DNA from: Tricharina praecox | Taxonomy: Eukaryota | Length of the DNA: 64,000 nucleotides | Assembly (NCBI RefSeq): GCF_024521635.1 | Contig: NW_026250409.1 | Location: 806,001-870,000 of the forward strand | Direction: 5' to 3' | Shown here: piece after piece, positions 13,651 to 25,391 of the stretch | Layout of the letters: each line of letters starts with the position of its first letter | Numbering within the stretch: the stretch's first letter is position 1 | Notes under the pieces: model-generated | What the model was told of the DNA's origin: nothing | The model's input: the letters and a program-made list of their open reading frames with translations, nothing else | The model's database searches: none | Program-made: the position numbers and the translations under genes

Positions 13651-15380
13651 ATGTTCCAGGCAACGCGCAACTTCGTCAACCGCAACCGTAGGAACCTAGC
13701 CGTGGGCTTTGGCCTTGTCGGCGCGGGATACATAGCCGTGCAATATGTCGGCAACAAGCTCTCCGAAGCGCGGAACCGCATGATGAGCGAGCGAGTAGCT
13801 AAGGAAAAGTATGGCTCTGTTGTGCCTTGACTCCTCCGCCGGCAAACGCGCGCTGACCCGTCGCAGCATCAACCGACGCTTCCAACAGAACCAGGAAGAC
13901 TGTACATACACCGTTCAAGCGCTGCTCCCCACCGCGACGGAAAACATAGTCAAGGATCTCCCCGTGGAATCCCTAACGCATGAGCTACAACAGAAGAAGG
14001 CGGCGCGGATCGCAAAGAGTACGGCAGTGTCAACGATAGATGTGGCGTCTGATGCGGGGCTCGCACCTTCCACCGCTACGGCGCCCGTGGTCGCGTCCAT
14101 GAAGGAAGACGATAATCAGTCGCTACAGTCGTTCGCATCCGAGACGTTCTCCGCGGTTCCTGGGCGCGATGCCGGGGAAGGAGGTTCTGCGGCGCCGGCC
14201 GAGAAGGTCCAGCGCAAGACGAAACTGCAGCTGTGGGATGAGATCAAGATCAGCTGTCAGCATTCCTCGATCCTGTCACGATGAAAGCATCGCGCTGACG
14301 TAGTCGTGCGATAGCTCTCACCCGGTCGTTTACACTGCTCTACACGCTCTCGCTATTGACGCTTCTTACACGCGTACAACTTAACCTCCTTGGCCGCAAG
14401 AATTACCTCTCTTCTGTGATCTCTCTCGCCGAGCGCAGCGACAATGACCCCACTATCCGACTCGAGGCGCACGATAAAGACACTGCCGCCACCGTCGGCG
14501 GCATCGACATCGAAACGAACCAGCAATACCTTACCTTCTCATGGTGGCTACTTCACCGCGGATGGCGAATTCTCTGCGCACGTGTAGAGGCTGCCACAAA
14601 AGAGATCTTTGGACCGTGAGTGAGCTATCTCTCCACCCCGCCATGCCCAGTAAACTCACAACCGTGCACAGACTCACCCCGCGCGACACGATAACCCTTG
14701 GCCGATTCCGCGAGCTCGCAATGGAAGTCCGACGCATCGTGGAGACACCGGCACCCGGCGAGGCGACCTCCAGCAGCCCCGACGAAATCGCCTGGCTGGC
14801 CTTCCTCCTCCCTCCCCGCAGCGAAGAACCGACCGTCCTCGCCGAGTCCGGCACAGCCCCGCCAGACGCAGGCCCACAGACACCGTCCCCGAAACTGCGA
14901 AGATTACTCGACGAAACCTCAGATCTGTTGGAGTCGCCCATGGCGTCGACCGTGCTGGCACACATGCTAGCCGTCGGCTTCGAGATGCTCATCGATGGCA
15001 AGCTTGCTAACCTCGCTTTTGTGTCGAAGGCTGCCACCGTGATGCGTGCTCATACTGCTCCGGGCACCGCGGATGAAGAGAGTGATGCCAGTGTTATGCC
15101 CAGGATTACGCCTGTCGTCGAGGATTCTGCTGCTACAAAGTTTGCCAGTGTTCTTGCGGTGCTGGCGAGACAAGCACATGACATCGGTAGCGGTGCTGGA
15201 AATGAGTATCTGGCTGTAAGTAGCGCATCCGAACGTACGAAGATATGCCACTGACTGACCTTGCTTGTGCAGGCCATGGAGAAGGGAACACAGTTGGAGG
15301 GATTCAGTGCGTTGGTTTACTCTTCGAATTTTGAATTTGCGGCGGCACAGGCACAGGAGTTGGAGCAGATGTCCTCTTAG
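13651..15380 (+). CDS. PEX3: Peroxin Pex3, 5 exons
   Basis: MFQATRNFVNRNRRNLAVGFGLVGAGY (N-terminal TM), RRFQQNQEDCTYTVQALLPT, LWDEIKI, LLTRVQLNLLGRKNY, YLTFSWWLLHRGW, LRRLLDETSDLLES, LEGFSALVYSSNF. TAG at 15378-15380. Confidence 0.95.
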
Positions 15381-16098
15381 ATTGAAACGATAGAGTACCT
15401 AGATGAAAGATGGGCCTGAACGTCTCTGACACGGGCCAGGGCGTCCGGTATTTCGCATATTAGACTGGGAGGTACTTGGTTTCCCGAGTGACAGCGGGAA
15501 ATATAATGCAAAGCTTTGTTTTTTTTGTTTTAATCATTGGAATATAATTCAAAGCAGACAATCAAAAGTGGAGAGATGACCACCTGTCAGAGTGATATTG
15601 TATGAGGTTTCAACGTAAATTACCTTATCGTCTTCACTTCCGACGCCAGCTTCGTAACGAAGAGCTAGCAAGCTCTAGATCTTCCCAGCTGTTTCCAGAA
15701 ACTCGTTTGACATCTTGACTTAGCCGGACGGATCTCATCTCGCTCGTTCTCGGGCTATGTACCCTACGTCTCGAAACACACTCGGTACATAGAGTTCGTA
15801 GGGAGATCATTGCTGTGGCTGGGTGAACCCAGTCTGGTCCGAGTACTACGTCACCCTCACCCCAGCGGCATCTTCTACAAGCTTCTATCCTGCTCCACCA
15901 CACCGCACCCACGCCACACCGCACAACTTAAGCACCCTTGATCGCTTGCTGCTACTACTTGCACTTCAACACACGCACGCACGCATACCCACACTCACAT
16001 TCAACCCCGACACCAACACCAAACATTTCAACTTTTCTTCCATTCAACACACAAACACAAAACAACACGACAAACAGAGAGCAGAACAACAACAAACG

Positions 16099-17544
16099 AT
16101 GGTCAAAGAAACGAAACTTTACGACACGCTCGGTATCAAAGCCGATGCCACCGTCGACGAGATCAAGAAGGCGTACCGGTAAGTTCCCAGGCGGGGTGCG
16201 AGGTGCGAAGGGTCGTGTGACCGCAGCACGCAGCACGACAAGCAAGCTAACGACCCCACGAACGTGAAGGAAAGGAGCTCTGAAATACCATCCGGACAAG
16301 AACAAGGACAACCCAAACGCCTCGGAAAAGTTCAAGGGTGGGTTATTCGCAATAGCTCGGAGCTATAACGTGGAGCTGGAGCTGACGAAGGTCGCCGAAC
16401 AGATGTGTCACAAGCATACGAAATCCTCTCCGATCCCGAAAAGCGCAAGATATACGACCAGTACGGGCTCGAGTTCCTTCTGCGTGGGGGAACCGCGCCA
16501 CCACCCGGTTCCGACGGGGGCGGGGCAGGAGCGGGCGGGTTCCCTGGCGGCGGCTTCGGCAGGTCGGGTACTTACCCCGGCTTTGGCAGAGGGGATGGCG
16601 GACAGAGCTTTAGGTTCTCGTCTTCGTCGGGACAGGGTGGAGACTTCGGGTTCATGCCCGGCGACCCGGATAACATCTTTGCCAACTTTGCGAAGATGGG
16701 CGGGTTCGACGGCGAGGAGGACTTTAGCCGGTTCTTTGGTGGCAGTCCTCTGGGCGGCGGTGGCGGCAGGTCGTTCGGCGGAAGCAGGTCCTTTGGCGGA
16801 AACAACTCGTTTGGAGGAAGCAACTCGTTTGGGGGAACCGGCAGCAGTGGCGCCAATAGGTCGAATGGGGTTAGGAAGCCACCGGCCGAAGCGACCGTCA
16901 TCGAGAGGCCGATCACATTCTCGCTCGAGGAGTAGGTTTCCCTGTTGCCGGTGCTGTTTGTGATTGTGATGGCGATGCTAATGTGTACGGCAGTCTATAC
17001 TCCGGTGCTAAGAAGAAGCTCAAAGTCAAGCGCAAGACGTTTGACCGCGACGGCAAGATCCACCGCGAAGACAAGGAACTCGACATTTACGTCAAGCCCG
17101 GTCTCAAAGCAGGCTCGAAGTTCAAGTTCCCGGGAATCGGCGACGAGATTGAGGGTACTAAGCAGGATATACACTTCGTCGTCACCGAGAAACCACACGA
17201 AACCTTTGAGAGGAAGGGAGATGACCTCGTCGCTACGCTTCAGATCTCGCTGAAGGAGGCGCTCACGGGTTGGAAACGACCCATCAAGACGATTGACGGA
17301 AAGAACCTGATGGTCTCTCATACCGGACCTACACCCCCGAACTGGTCGGAGACTTACCCGTCACTCGGAATGGTGCTGCCGAAGGATCCATCGCAGCGGG
17401 GTAATATGGTCGTCAAGGTCGATGTAAGTTGTCGGATAATTCCTCCAAGTTGTAGATGGAGACTGACGGCTCTCTGCGTAGATTCAATTCCCGACATCAC
17501 TCACGGCCGACCAGAAGAACCAACTTAGGAACATTCTTCCGTAA
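16099..17544 (+). CDS. SIS1: Type II Hsp40/DnaJ co-chaperone (Sis1/Psi1), 5 exons
   Basis: MVKETKLYDTLG...KKAYR|KGALKYHPDKN J-domain with HPD, a G/F-rich linker and a DnaJ C-terminal domain (KPGLKAGSKFKF, FERKGDDL, SLKEALTGW). No zinc finger. Confidence 0.93.
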
Positions 17545-17767
17545 AGGGATGCCGAGGAATTGTGCGAGGTCGTTTCGAGTGTAGCGTCTGCATTTCATTT
17601 CCTTTTCCTTTTCCTTTCTTCTTGTCCTGGTTGGATTTGGGGCGTACAGGTTTTCTTCGGTTCTCTTTACGAACAACGACGCAATGAATTTGAATAGTGC
17701 ACTTGAGTTCGCATGCCTTTGTACATACAAGCATCATCATCATAATAATTATCTGCCATTCGGTCCC

Positions 17768-18484
17768 TCACGAGTTGAAAACCCTCGAATACAACAACTC
17801 GTGCCGTCCCTGATACAGGTCCAGCACCGGCACACTCTGGCCCGCGTCCTCGACCGCGATGCATCCACCCACCGCAACCGCCCGCTCTACCAACACCCTC
17901 ACCTCGCCACTCGCCAACACCGCCTGCGCCTGATACGGACCCAGCAAGCCCAGTCGCACAGCGGCGCTCACCACCGCCTTGGCATGATTAAACATGAACA
18001 CGTAGAGCGCCTCCTCGCGCTCCAGCTGCAGCACGCTACACACCACCCCCCACGCAACGCCAAAATGCCCGCTCGCGGCTCCCTGGCGGACGGAGAGCTT
18101 GTACCCCTCCACCACCCCGCGCTCCGCCTCCGTCGTTACGGAGCCTGCGAGCGCTCGGTCGTATACCGTCAGCAGCGCGCGCCCCTGCGATGTTGATGCT
18201 CGTCGCGCCACGGTACAGAGTGTACAGGCGTCGAGGATGTCGTCTAGCTCGGCGGCTGTCAAGGGCGCTGAGTGTGCCGCGGAGACGAATGGGAGGATGC
18301 TCGTGGAGGTGGAGAGAAGGCTCAGCCGCAGGAAGTGTGTTAACAGCACGGTGGTGGCCGCGGAGGTGGTCGGCTTGAGCGCCTTGGGCACGTGCGAGAG
18401 GTAGGATTCGAGCGCCGAGGAGAAGGCGAATGAGCCCAACGGCAGTGCGGAGTCCGAGAGGAGGAGCCAAGTGTGCGGGATCAT
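17768..18484 (-). CDS. ureF: Urease accessory protein UreF, intronless
   Basis: LLLSDSALPLGSFAFSSALESY at the N-terminus, VARRASTSQGRALL, SAAVRLGLLGPYQAQ, and C-terminal QGRHELLYSRVFNS*. Confidence 0.95.
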   Translation of the reverse strand: MIPHTWLLLSDSALPLGSFAFSSALESYLSHVPKALKPTTSAATTVLLTHFLRLSLLSTSTSILPFVSAAHSAPLTAAELDDILDACTLCTVARRASTSQGRALLTVYDRALAGSVTTEAERGVVEGYKLSVRQGAASGHFGVAWGVVCSVLQLEREEALYVFMFNHAKAVVSAAVRLGLLGPYQAQAVLASGEVRVLVERAVAVGGCIAVEDAGQSVPVLDLYQGRHELLYSRVFNS

Positions 18485-19510
18485 GGTGCGGGTTACATCG
18501 AGGTTTGGGAGCGGGGCGGGGTGGAGTTACATGTAGATACGACCGGTCTTGATGGGTTGGTGGGTGGGGATGTGGGGGGCGAAGGCAAGCACTAGTTACT
18601 CTACTGTGATAGCCAAGGTAGTAGTCCCTCGGTTGATACGCGAAGCGAATGTCACCTATCTTTCTACCGTACTTCATCCCGAGCCTATCTTATCCACGCA
18701 GCACAGGTATCACTCACCCGATATCACTCACCACCCTCCCGCCGCGGCCGCATCGCGACTGCACAACCCCAAAAAAATGCACAGTGCACAGTGCACGATC
18801 CTGCCATCCTGCCATCCTGTCCTCCCGTCACCGCCAGATCAAGAACCCGAGGAGACGGGATGGGATGGGAGGGAGGACCAACGCTTTTTTCCTTCTTCTT
18901 CCTTTTTCTTCTTTGTTTTTCTTCGTTCGTTTTTCGTTTTCGCTTTTCGCTCCGCTCGCGACGAGTGGGCGAGTGCACAGTGCGAGTGGGCGTGCCCGAT
19001 TTCGCTTCACTCTGCCTACTCTACTCTAGACTCCCGAATAGTAGAGGGTTGGAACCACCGTTGGGGGAGGCCGAGCCTGCGAAGTGAAGAGAAGTGAAGA
19101 GAAGTGAAGTTCTCTGCTGCTCTTTTCTGCCGCAGAAGGAAGTGCAGAAGTGCAGAAGTGGGTGGGGGTGAGTGGGTGTGTTTAAGATGACTACCTACGG
19201 TGGCGGGCCAGTGGGACAGTGGGCCAGTGGGCGTTCTTCGCGAGTCGTGACCGAGTTATCGGTCCTCGACTCCCCGGCTCGACTTCACGACAGTGCATGT
19301 TGTTGGCGATTATACTGCATATTTTATTATACAGATGCATATGTCTCAGCCGCTCTCCCGCCCGCCCGCTCGCTCGCACTCTCGCCAACCAGCCTCGATC
19401 ATAGCCAAGCTCGATAGCCAAGCTCGATACTCTACCGTATAGGTGGTACCTACGCAGAAGAAGCAAGCAAGGCGATGTGATAGATATATTGTTTTTTTTT
19501 GATTTGTCGT

Positions 19511-19612
19511 CCGTGCACTCTCAAACCGTGCACTCTCAAACCGTGCACTCTCGAACCGTGCCCTCTCGAGTCTTGAACCATGCCCTCTCGAGTCTCGAAC
19601 CGTGAACCGTGG
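19511..19612. repeat. Degenerate tandem array of CCGTGCACTCTCRAA (15-22 bp units)
   Basis: ccgtgcactctcaaa x2, ccgtgcactctcgaa, ccgtgccctctcgagtcttgaa, ccatgccctctcgagtctcgaa, ccgtgaaccgtgg. Confidence 0.8.
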
Positions 19613-20140
19613 ACGAACGATGGCAGCCCGCGGTATCGCTGTATGTAGCTGTCGCTGTTGCAGTTTTGCAGTCTGTTGCAGTCGCTGCTGTCGGCGCCGT
19701 CGCAGTACTCCATGTATGTAGCTGTCGTTGTCCGATCACGTTGCGCTGTTTCCTGTCAGTACTGTACTGTACATACTCCACATACATAACTGCGTGGTTA
19801 TCCAAGTACCCCAGGGAATCAGGGAATCAGGGATGCAAAAATGTCCCAGATCAACTGTCTCTCGTGAGTCCTGTGTTTCTCCTTGTAGAGTGGTGTACTG
19901 GTACATAAACCGGATCTACATAATCGAACTATCGATCTACATATCGAATAGTGAACTGCTATCTACCCCGTGTGATAACAGTGACTCGTGCGTACTGCGT
20001 GCGTGCATCGAACTTCGAAGGGGGAGAGAAACGACACATCCCCTCTCTTCCCTTACGTTGAACGAACGAACGTAGCCGTTACTCCTACTCCTACTCTAGC
20101 AGATACAGACAACAATGCACTGGATGCGAGGAGGAGTCTA

Positions 20141-20247
20141 CCCAGGAGCCCCAGGAGCCCAGGAGCCCAGGAGCCCAGGAGCCCAGGAGCCCAGGAGCCC
20201 AGGAGCCCAGGAGCCCAGGAGCCCAGGAGCCCAGGAGCCCATGAGCC
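20141..20247. repeat. 8-bp minisatellite (CCCAGGAG)n, about 12 copies
   Basis: Near-perfect tandem repeat read directly. Confidence 0.95.
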
Positions 20248-20348
20248 TGCGAGGAGGACTCGAGTCGTCGTCGTCGGGGGAAGGGGGCACGTGTGGAGGT
20301 GTACCGTGTGTGAGGAGGTTGCCGTTCTCTTTTTTTTTCCCATTCTTT

Positions 20349-20380
<32 letters not shown>

Positions 20381-21435
20381 TCTTTCAGCTGACCATAATT
20401 GCTATGTAGAGTAGACCGGGCGGCGGGGAGTGGGGCTGTGTTGTGAGACATCTGAACAGTACAGTGAATCCTGATATGATACATACGATTGCGGGTTCAT
20501 GCTCTAACTGCTGGTAACCAGTATCCAGCCAAGCAGGTAGGTTTCTTCTCTCTCTCCAATCCATCAGCGCTCGCCGAGAATACGCAGTGGCAAGCAAGTA
20601 CGCACAGCACAACAGCGCGTGCTCTGGGTATGTAACATTGATAGATGCCGGAGTAGGCACAGCGTAGAGCATGTAGACGCGCGATGTACTCTGCTGAAGG
20701 GACTCTACATAGCAGATCATACAGGATGGTTTATGTAGTGTATGTAGGTAAGCAAGTAGGCCTGGTGGATACATAGTAGTATATTGGATGCCAGGGCCAG
20801 TGTATCGTACTCTACTAGAGTATATAGTACGGCCCTGACCTGACCAGGCTGACCATGATTTCCTGGAGGCTGGCCTGGCCTGCCCTGTCCCCTGGGTAGA
20901 GCTGGGTTGAGTTGAGCTCAGCTGGACTGGCCTGGCGTGCCGTGCGTATATGTAGGGGCCTACCCTACCTTACCTGGGGAGGGACGGAAATAAAAGCACC
21001 GATCCAACTTCCACTCGCAACTTCCGTCTTGCGTTGGTGGGTTGATCAATGATCTGTCGGCACGGGCATTCGGGGAATGCGAGGGCGCGAGCGAGGGTGC
21101 GAGCGATGGAGGAAGTGGATGCGGTCTTGGTTTTCCCTGGAGACGCGGGTTCCCGGGGCGTTTCGAAGAAGAAGAAGAAGTCACTCACAGCTCACAGCTC
21201 ACAGCTCACATCTCACATGGCCGGGGGACAAGGGGACGGGGGACAAGGGGACGGGGGACAGGGGGAGTTAACTAGACTCGTCTCCGTGGAGAAACAGGGC
21301 CAGGAGACCAGGCCAGGACCGGATGGAAATGTATTTCTGTACCTACTCGTGTACTGGGAACTGGGAAGGGATACGATGCGGGCGAGGCCAGGCTCGATGC
21401 TCGATGCTTGTCCTTGTCGGGGTTTGCCTTGGCCT

Positions 21436-21646
21436 AGGAGGAGGAGGAGGAGGAGGAGGAGGAGGAGGAGGAGGAGGAGGAGGGGGGGGGGGGGACGAGG
21501 AGGGGGACGAGGAGGGGGATAAGAAGGAGGGGGACGAGGAGGGGGATAAGAAGGAGGGGATAAGAAGGAGGAGGAGAAGTAGGTGAGGGAGGACGACGAC
21601 GAGGAGAAGGACGACGATGGGAAGGAGAAGGAGGTGAGGGAAGGGA
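21436..21646. repeat. (AGG)n microsatellite, poly-G run and purine-rich repeats
   Basis: About 16 AGG units, a G run, then GGAGGGGGACGA/GGAGGGGGATAAGAA repeats. The + strand is almost entirely purine. Confidence 0.95.
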
Positions 21647-23660
21647 TCTGTCTCTCTGTGTGTGTGTGGGGATGGGAGATCGTTCGTTCTGGCCCTGTGG
21701 ACGGTGAGGCTGTAACCAACTAAGATATGATCGATAGTTGTGTATCCCGGTAGACGACCGCCGCCGCCTCCGTCTCCACACCGTCCTCCCGCACAAAGGA
21801 ACGCAACGACCAAGTGCCTATCTAAGTAAGTGAGTAGACTACATATGACCACTAGTATTTCCTCCGGTGTGCCCGCCCATAGTCGATCGTCAGATCCCAC
21901 TCTAACCGGGCCTGCTAGCAATAGTTCATAGAATAACTCCCGTAACTAGCACGCGCACCAGGAGTAAGCAGTGAGCAAGCACTCGCTCACTTGCAAAAGT
22001 GCCGGTGCAGTAGGGTAAGGCAAGTAAGTCAAGTCAAGTAGGCAGGTTGCTTAGGTAGGTACGGTACCTGGGGCTGGGGCTGGGGCCGGGGCGTTGGACG
22101 GAACTTGATCTTCTCGCTAAACGGAGATCCCAGCACCAGCAGCAGCAGGCAGGTTGTGGATCCGATGAGCACTGGGGAGGCACGGGTAAGAAGTAAGTAG
22201 AGACTTGCTTAGCTGCTCACCTAGCCCGGTAACGGAGTGAGCGGAGTCAACGAAGAGACCAAGGCCCCCCGCTGCTGATATCTCCAGTATGTATCGTCGT
22301 GGTACGGTATGCGGCTGGGGCTTGCTTGCTCGCTGGCTGGCTGTTCGGCCACCGCTGCCCGCAGATGAGACATACAGACACAGCGTTCGGCGTGGAGTGG
22401 ATAAGTAAGCGAACAAAAGAACGAACGAACGGCATGTCTGTCGTATGTACATACACTGGACGAGAGATTGGAGTGGGGGGAAGGGGGAGGGGAGGACGAG
22501 TAAAGAAAGAAGCTGTTAGGAGCGCGTGCAAATAATAGCGACAAATCACCAAAGAAGTAAATACTCCACATTGGGGTACGGTACAAGACAGCCAGCCCAC
22601 CATCTCTTCTGTCCGCTGGCCTTTCATAATGGAGCCCACATCCTCCCACCCCCACCCGCCAACCTGCCTCCCATCTCCATCTCGCCGTGACAGCGGAACG
22701 TTCAACGCCATCGACATCTGCGTCCGTCAAAACGGTCGCCAGTCTCGGTGAGTTCAGTTGCGCGCGATTCAGCCGATCACTGTTTGCTCCCCCCATCGAG
22801 TCGTACATAAACCGTCTCGATTGTCTCCGCCTCGTCCGGCCTTCTCCCTTCCGCCTTCCTCCCGGCCTTCCCGCCCACCGCTGCATCTACCCAATAACCA
22901 GCACTACCATCACCCACCACCACCCGCCACCACCTTCACAATAACCACTATAACTACCCGATACCTTATTCGCCCAGATTTGCAGGATTTACTTTCATGA
23001 GTAGTCTGTTCGTGTCCTACCCAACATCAATTGTACGTAGGTCCAGTATCACGGCTACCCTCGGTGCCCGCAACTTCAAAAACGTACCTGCTCGAACAAC
23101 CAGCAATCTGGATACCTGCTAGAGTACTTATCCCCATTACTCCTACATCCACACACATCTTCCTCCCCACCACCAATTCTTTGGCCATCATCACATCCTT
23201 CGAAGGGGGCACTGGGCAACATATCGCCAACCCGTACATACTTGATGCACTTCCGCTTTGGTATCTTGCTTCCGTGATACTTTGTTCGTCAATCGGATCG
23301 TTTTTCTCCCCTTCCCTCCTTCTTTCTTTTACTTCTCCCATTCGCTCTCACCACCTTTTTGGGTCCCAGGAGTACTGGCCCTCCTCTCTCCCTCACATAC
23401 CCTCACCCTCTTTCCCTCCTTGCCCGCATTCATATTCCTATTCGTTGCTTAATCATCCCACCCTAAGAAAGGGCACTCTGCCTCGACGTGGACGTCGGCA
23501 TCCCATTTCCCATTCTTAATTTCATTCCTACCCACCTTTATCACAAAAACAACAAACACAAAGGTCATCGCCAACACACCAATTCCTCCCGCAACAGAGA
23601 GTGGGTCACTCAGCCCCCTCCATCAGCTCAGCATCTAATTGTCCTCAGATCATCGTAACC

Positions 23661-25391
23661 ATGGCGGCAACATTCCTCGACGGTGTTGTTGCTCAGCTTG
23701 TTGCACGGGATGCCCCTGTCGACAGTGATGGCGTGGGCAAGAAGTCTGGACAGAACAGGGAAGCGTTTGTTTCCAGCATCACGCTGGCCATGATCGCCAT
23801 CACGGTTGTCAGCTTTTGTCTAGCGAGACGGCTCGCTGGAATTTCAAGCTTTATCGGATTGCCTCTAGCTCGCTGGTGTGAGTGGGATCGTCCCGATGCG
23901 GCCTTGAGCTCGAGTTGTTCGTTGTGGCTGATGCTGATGGGTAGTAATCTTTGCCATCTTCATCGACAGTTGGCTTTTCGTCTTTTCGAGTACTGTGCTG
24001 CAATCCAGTTTCGGCTTGAATAGCAGCTTGAGGGCCTGCGATGCTGGAATTTTGCTCTGCTTGGTGTGCTATCTTAGCTCGAAAGTACATTCCACCCTCC
24101 CTCCCCATTTTGTGTTTGAATCTTCTTGAAACTGCAGTTGGCTAACAGCACTCGATAGGTTGTACGTGTTTAACGCTCCTCCGCGCGCCTGTTTATCGGA
24201 TTACTGACTTGTAGGCGCTTCGATTAGTTGATCTATTTCTTTCTAGTCGAAAAGGTACATAGCCTGAATTCACACCCCCCACCCCCCCATCAGAGGTACC
24301 GTACACTGACACATGGGTCAGGTCTTCATAATCCGTGGAAGTCGCCAGAGATGGAAGGACAAGCTGTTCATGTTCAACATGTTCGGCATGCTCGTTCCGT
24401 ACTGCCTGGTCATCGTCTTGACTTTCATATAGTATGTTCGATCACTCGGCCCCCAACTTCACTCTGGCTAACCAGGGATAGTCGCAATGCCGAGATCGGC
24501 GACGACAAACTGTGCCGAATCGGACTGAAGCTCCCCGCCAACATCCCGTTGCTGATCTTTGACATCGTGATCAATGTGAGGACGTCTCCCGGCGTCTCAG
24601 ATAACGGCTGGCTGATGTTTGAAACTAGGTCTATCTAACGTGGCTGTTCCTGACACCGTTGCGAGGTATGTGCCCCCATTCGCTTATCGAGTGTTTCAGT
24701 TTCTGACACCTCATCATGGCAGGTCTCTGGAGCTTCCGAAACGGCACTCGAACCAAACAAGGCCGACTTCGAAGGGTTGCTCTGCGCACTTTTATTGGTA
24801 GTGTTGCGACGCTCCTGTCGACGCTCGCGTTTGTGATCCCTTCGCACCAAAACGGCCCCGATATTTTTGTGGCTAACAGCTCGCGCAGGAACTTGACTTC
24901 GTTGCTCATATTGAGAGGCCGTGAGCCAGGCTGGGTTTGCTTTGCGGTTTGCAACGCTGACGGCAAGTCTCCTTGCACAAAAGGTGCTCGAGGTGTCATG
25001 CTGACTTGACTCCGCAGTGCTCTTCTCGGTTTTGGTACTCCATTGGGTCACCCACCAGGACGACGATGGAGTGTCGACTATTACGAAGTGTGAAGAGTGC
25101 GAACGATCCGTAGGCGGCGGGGGTGTCTATTCGCTCGGTTCAGCAATTAAGAAAGGCCCCACCGGTTTCGATCATGACCTGCAGCGCGGATTCGGGGGAC
25201 AGGTCATCACCAACTGCGAGGCGGCCTCGGAGAGTTCGACCAGCAAGAGTCGGCCGATCCCCTTGGAGGGCATCATGACGAGGACCGAATTCACCCGAGA
25301 CGTCGAGAGTCTGGGCGAAAACTCTTCGGACATCGACCTCCATGGAGTCAACAAACGGGAATCCTCGACAGACAACATCCGGGACGTCTAA
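23661..25391 (+). CDS. Uncharacterised fungal multi-pass (about 7-TM, GPCR-like) membrane protein, 10 predicted exons
   Basis: Spliced translation gives about seven hydrophobic segments: ITLAMIAITVVSFCL; LIFAIFIDSWLFVFSS; CDAGILLCLVCYLSSK-V-LIYFFLVEKV; LFMFNMFGMLVPYCLVIVL; CRIGLKLPANIPLLIFDIVINVYLTWLFLTPL; LRTFIGSVATLLSTLANL; EPGWVCFAVCNADVLFSVLVLHWVT. A polar tail follows. Confidence 0.8.

Noticed and set aside
15650..15710. Heat-shock element upstream of SIS1 (TTCcaGAA)
   Set aside because: Only two correctly spaced nGAAn units; the flanking units are out of register.
19988..21921. ORFs with SPGAQEPR, poly-P/G/R/L repeats
   Set aside because: Artefacts of mini- and microsatellites that are open in several frames on both strands.
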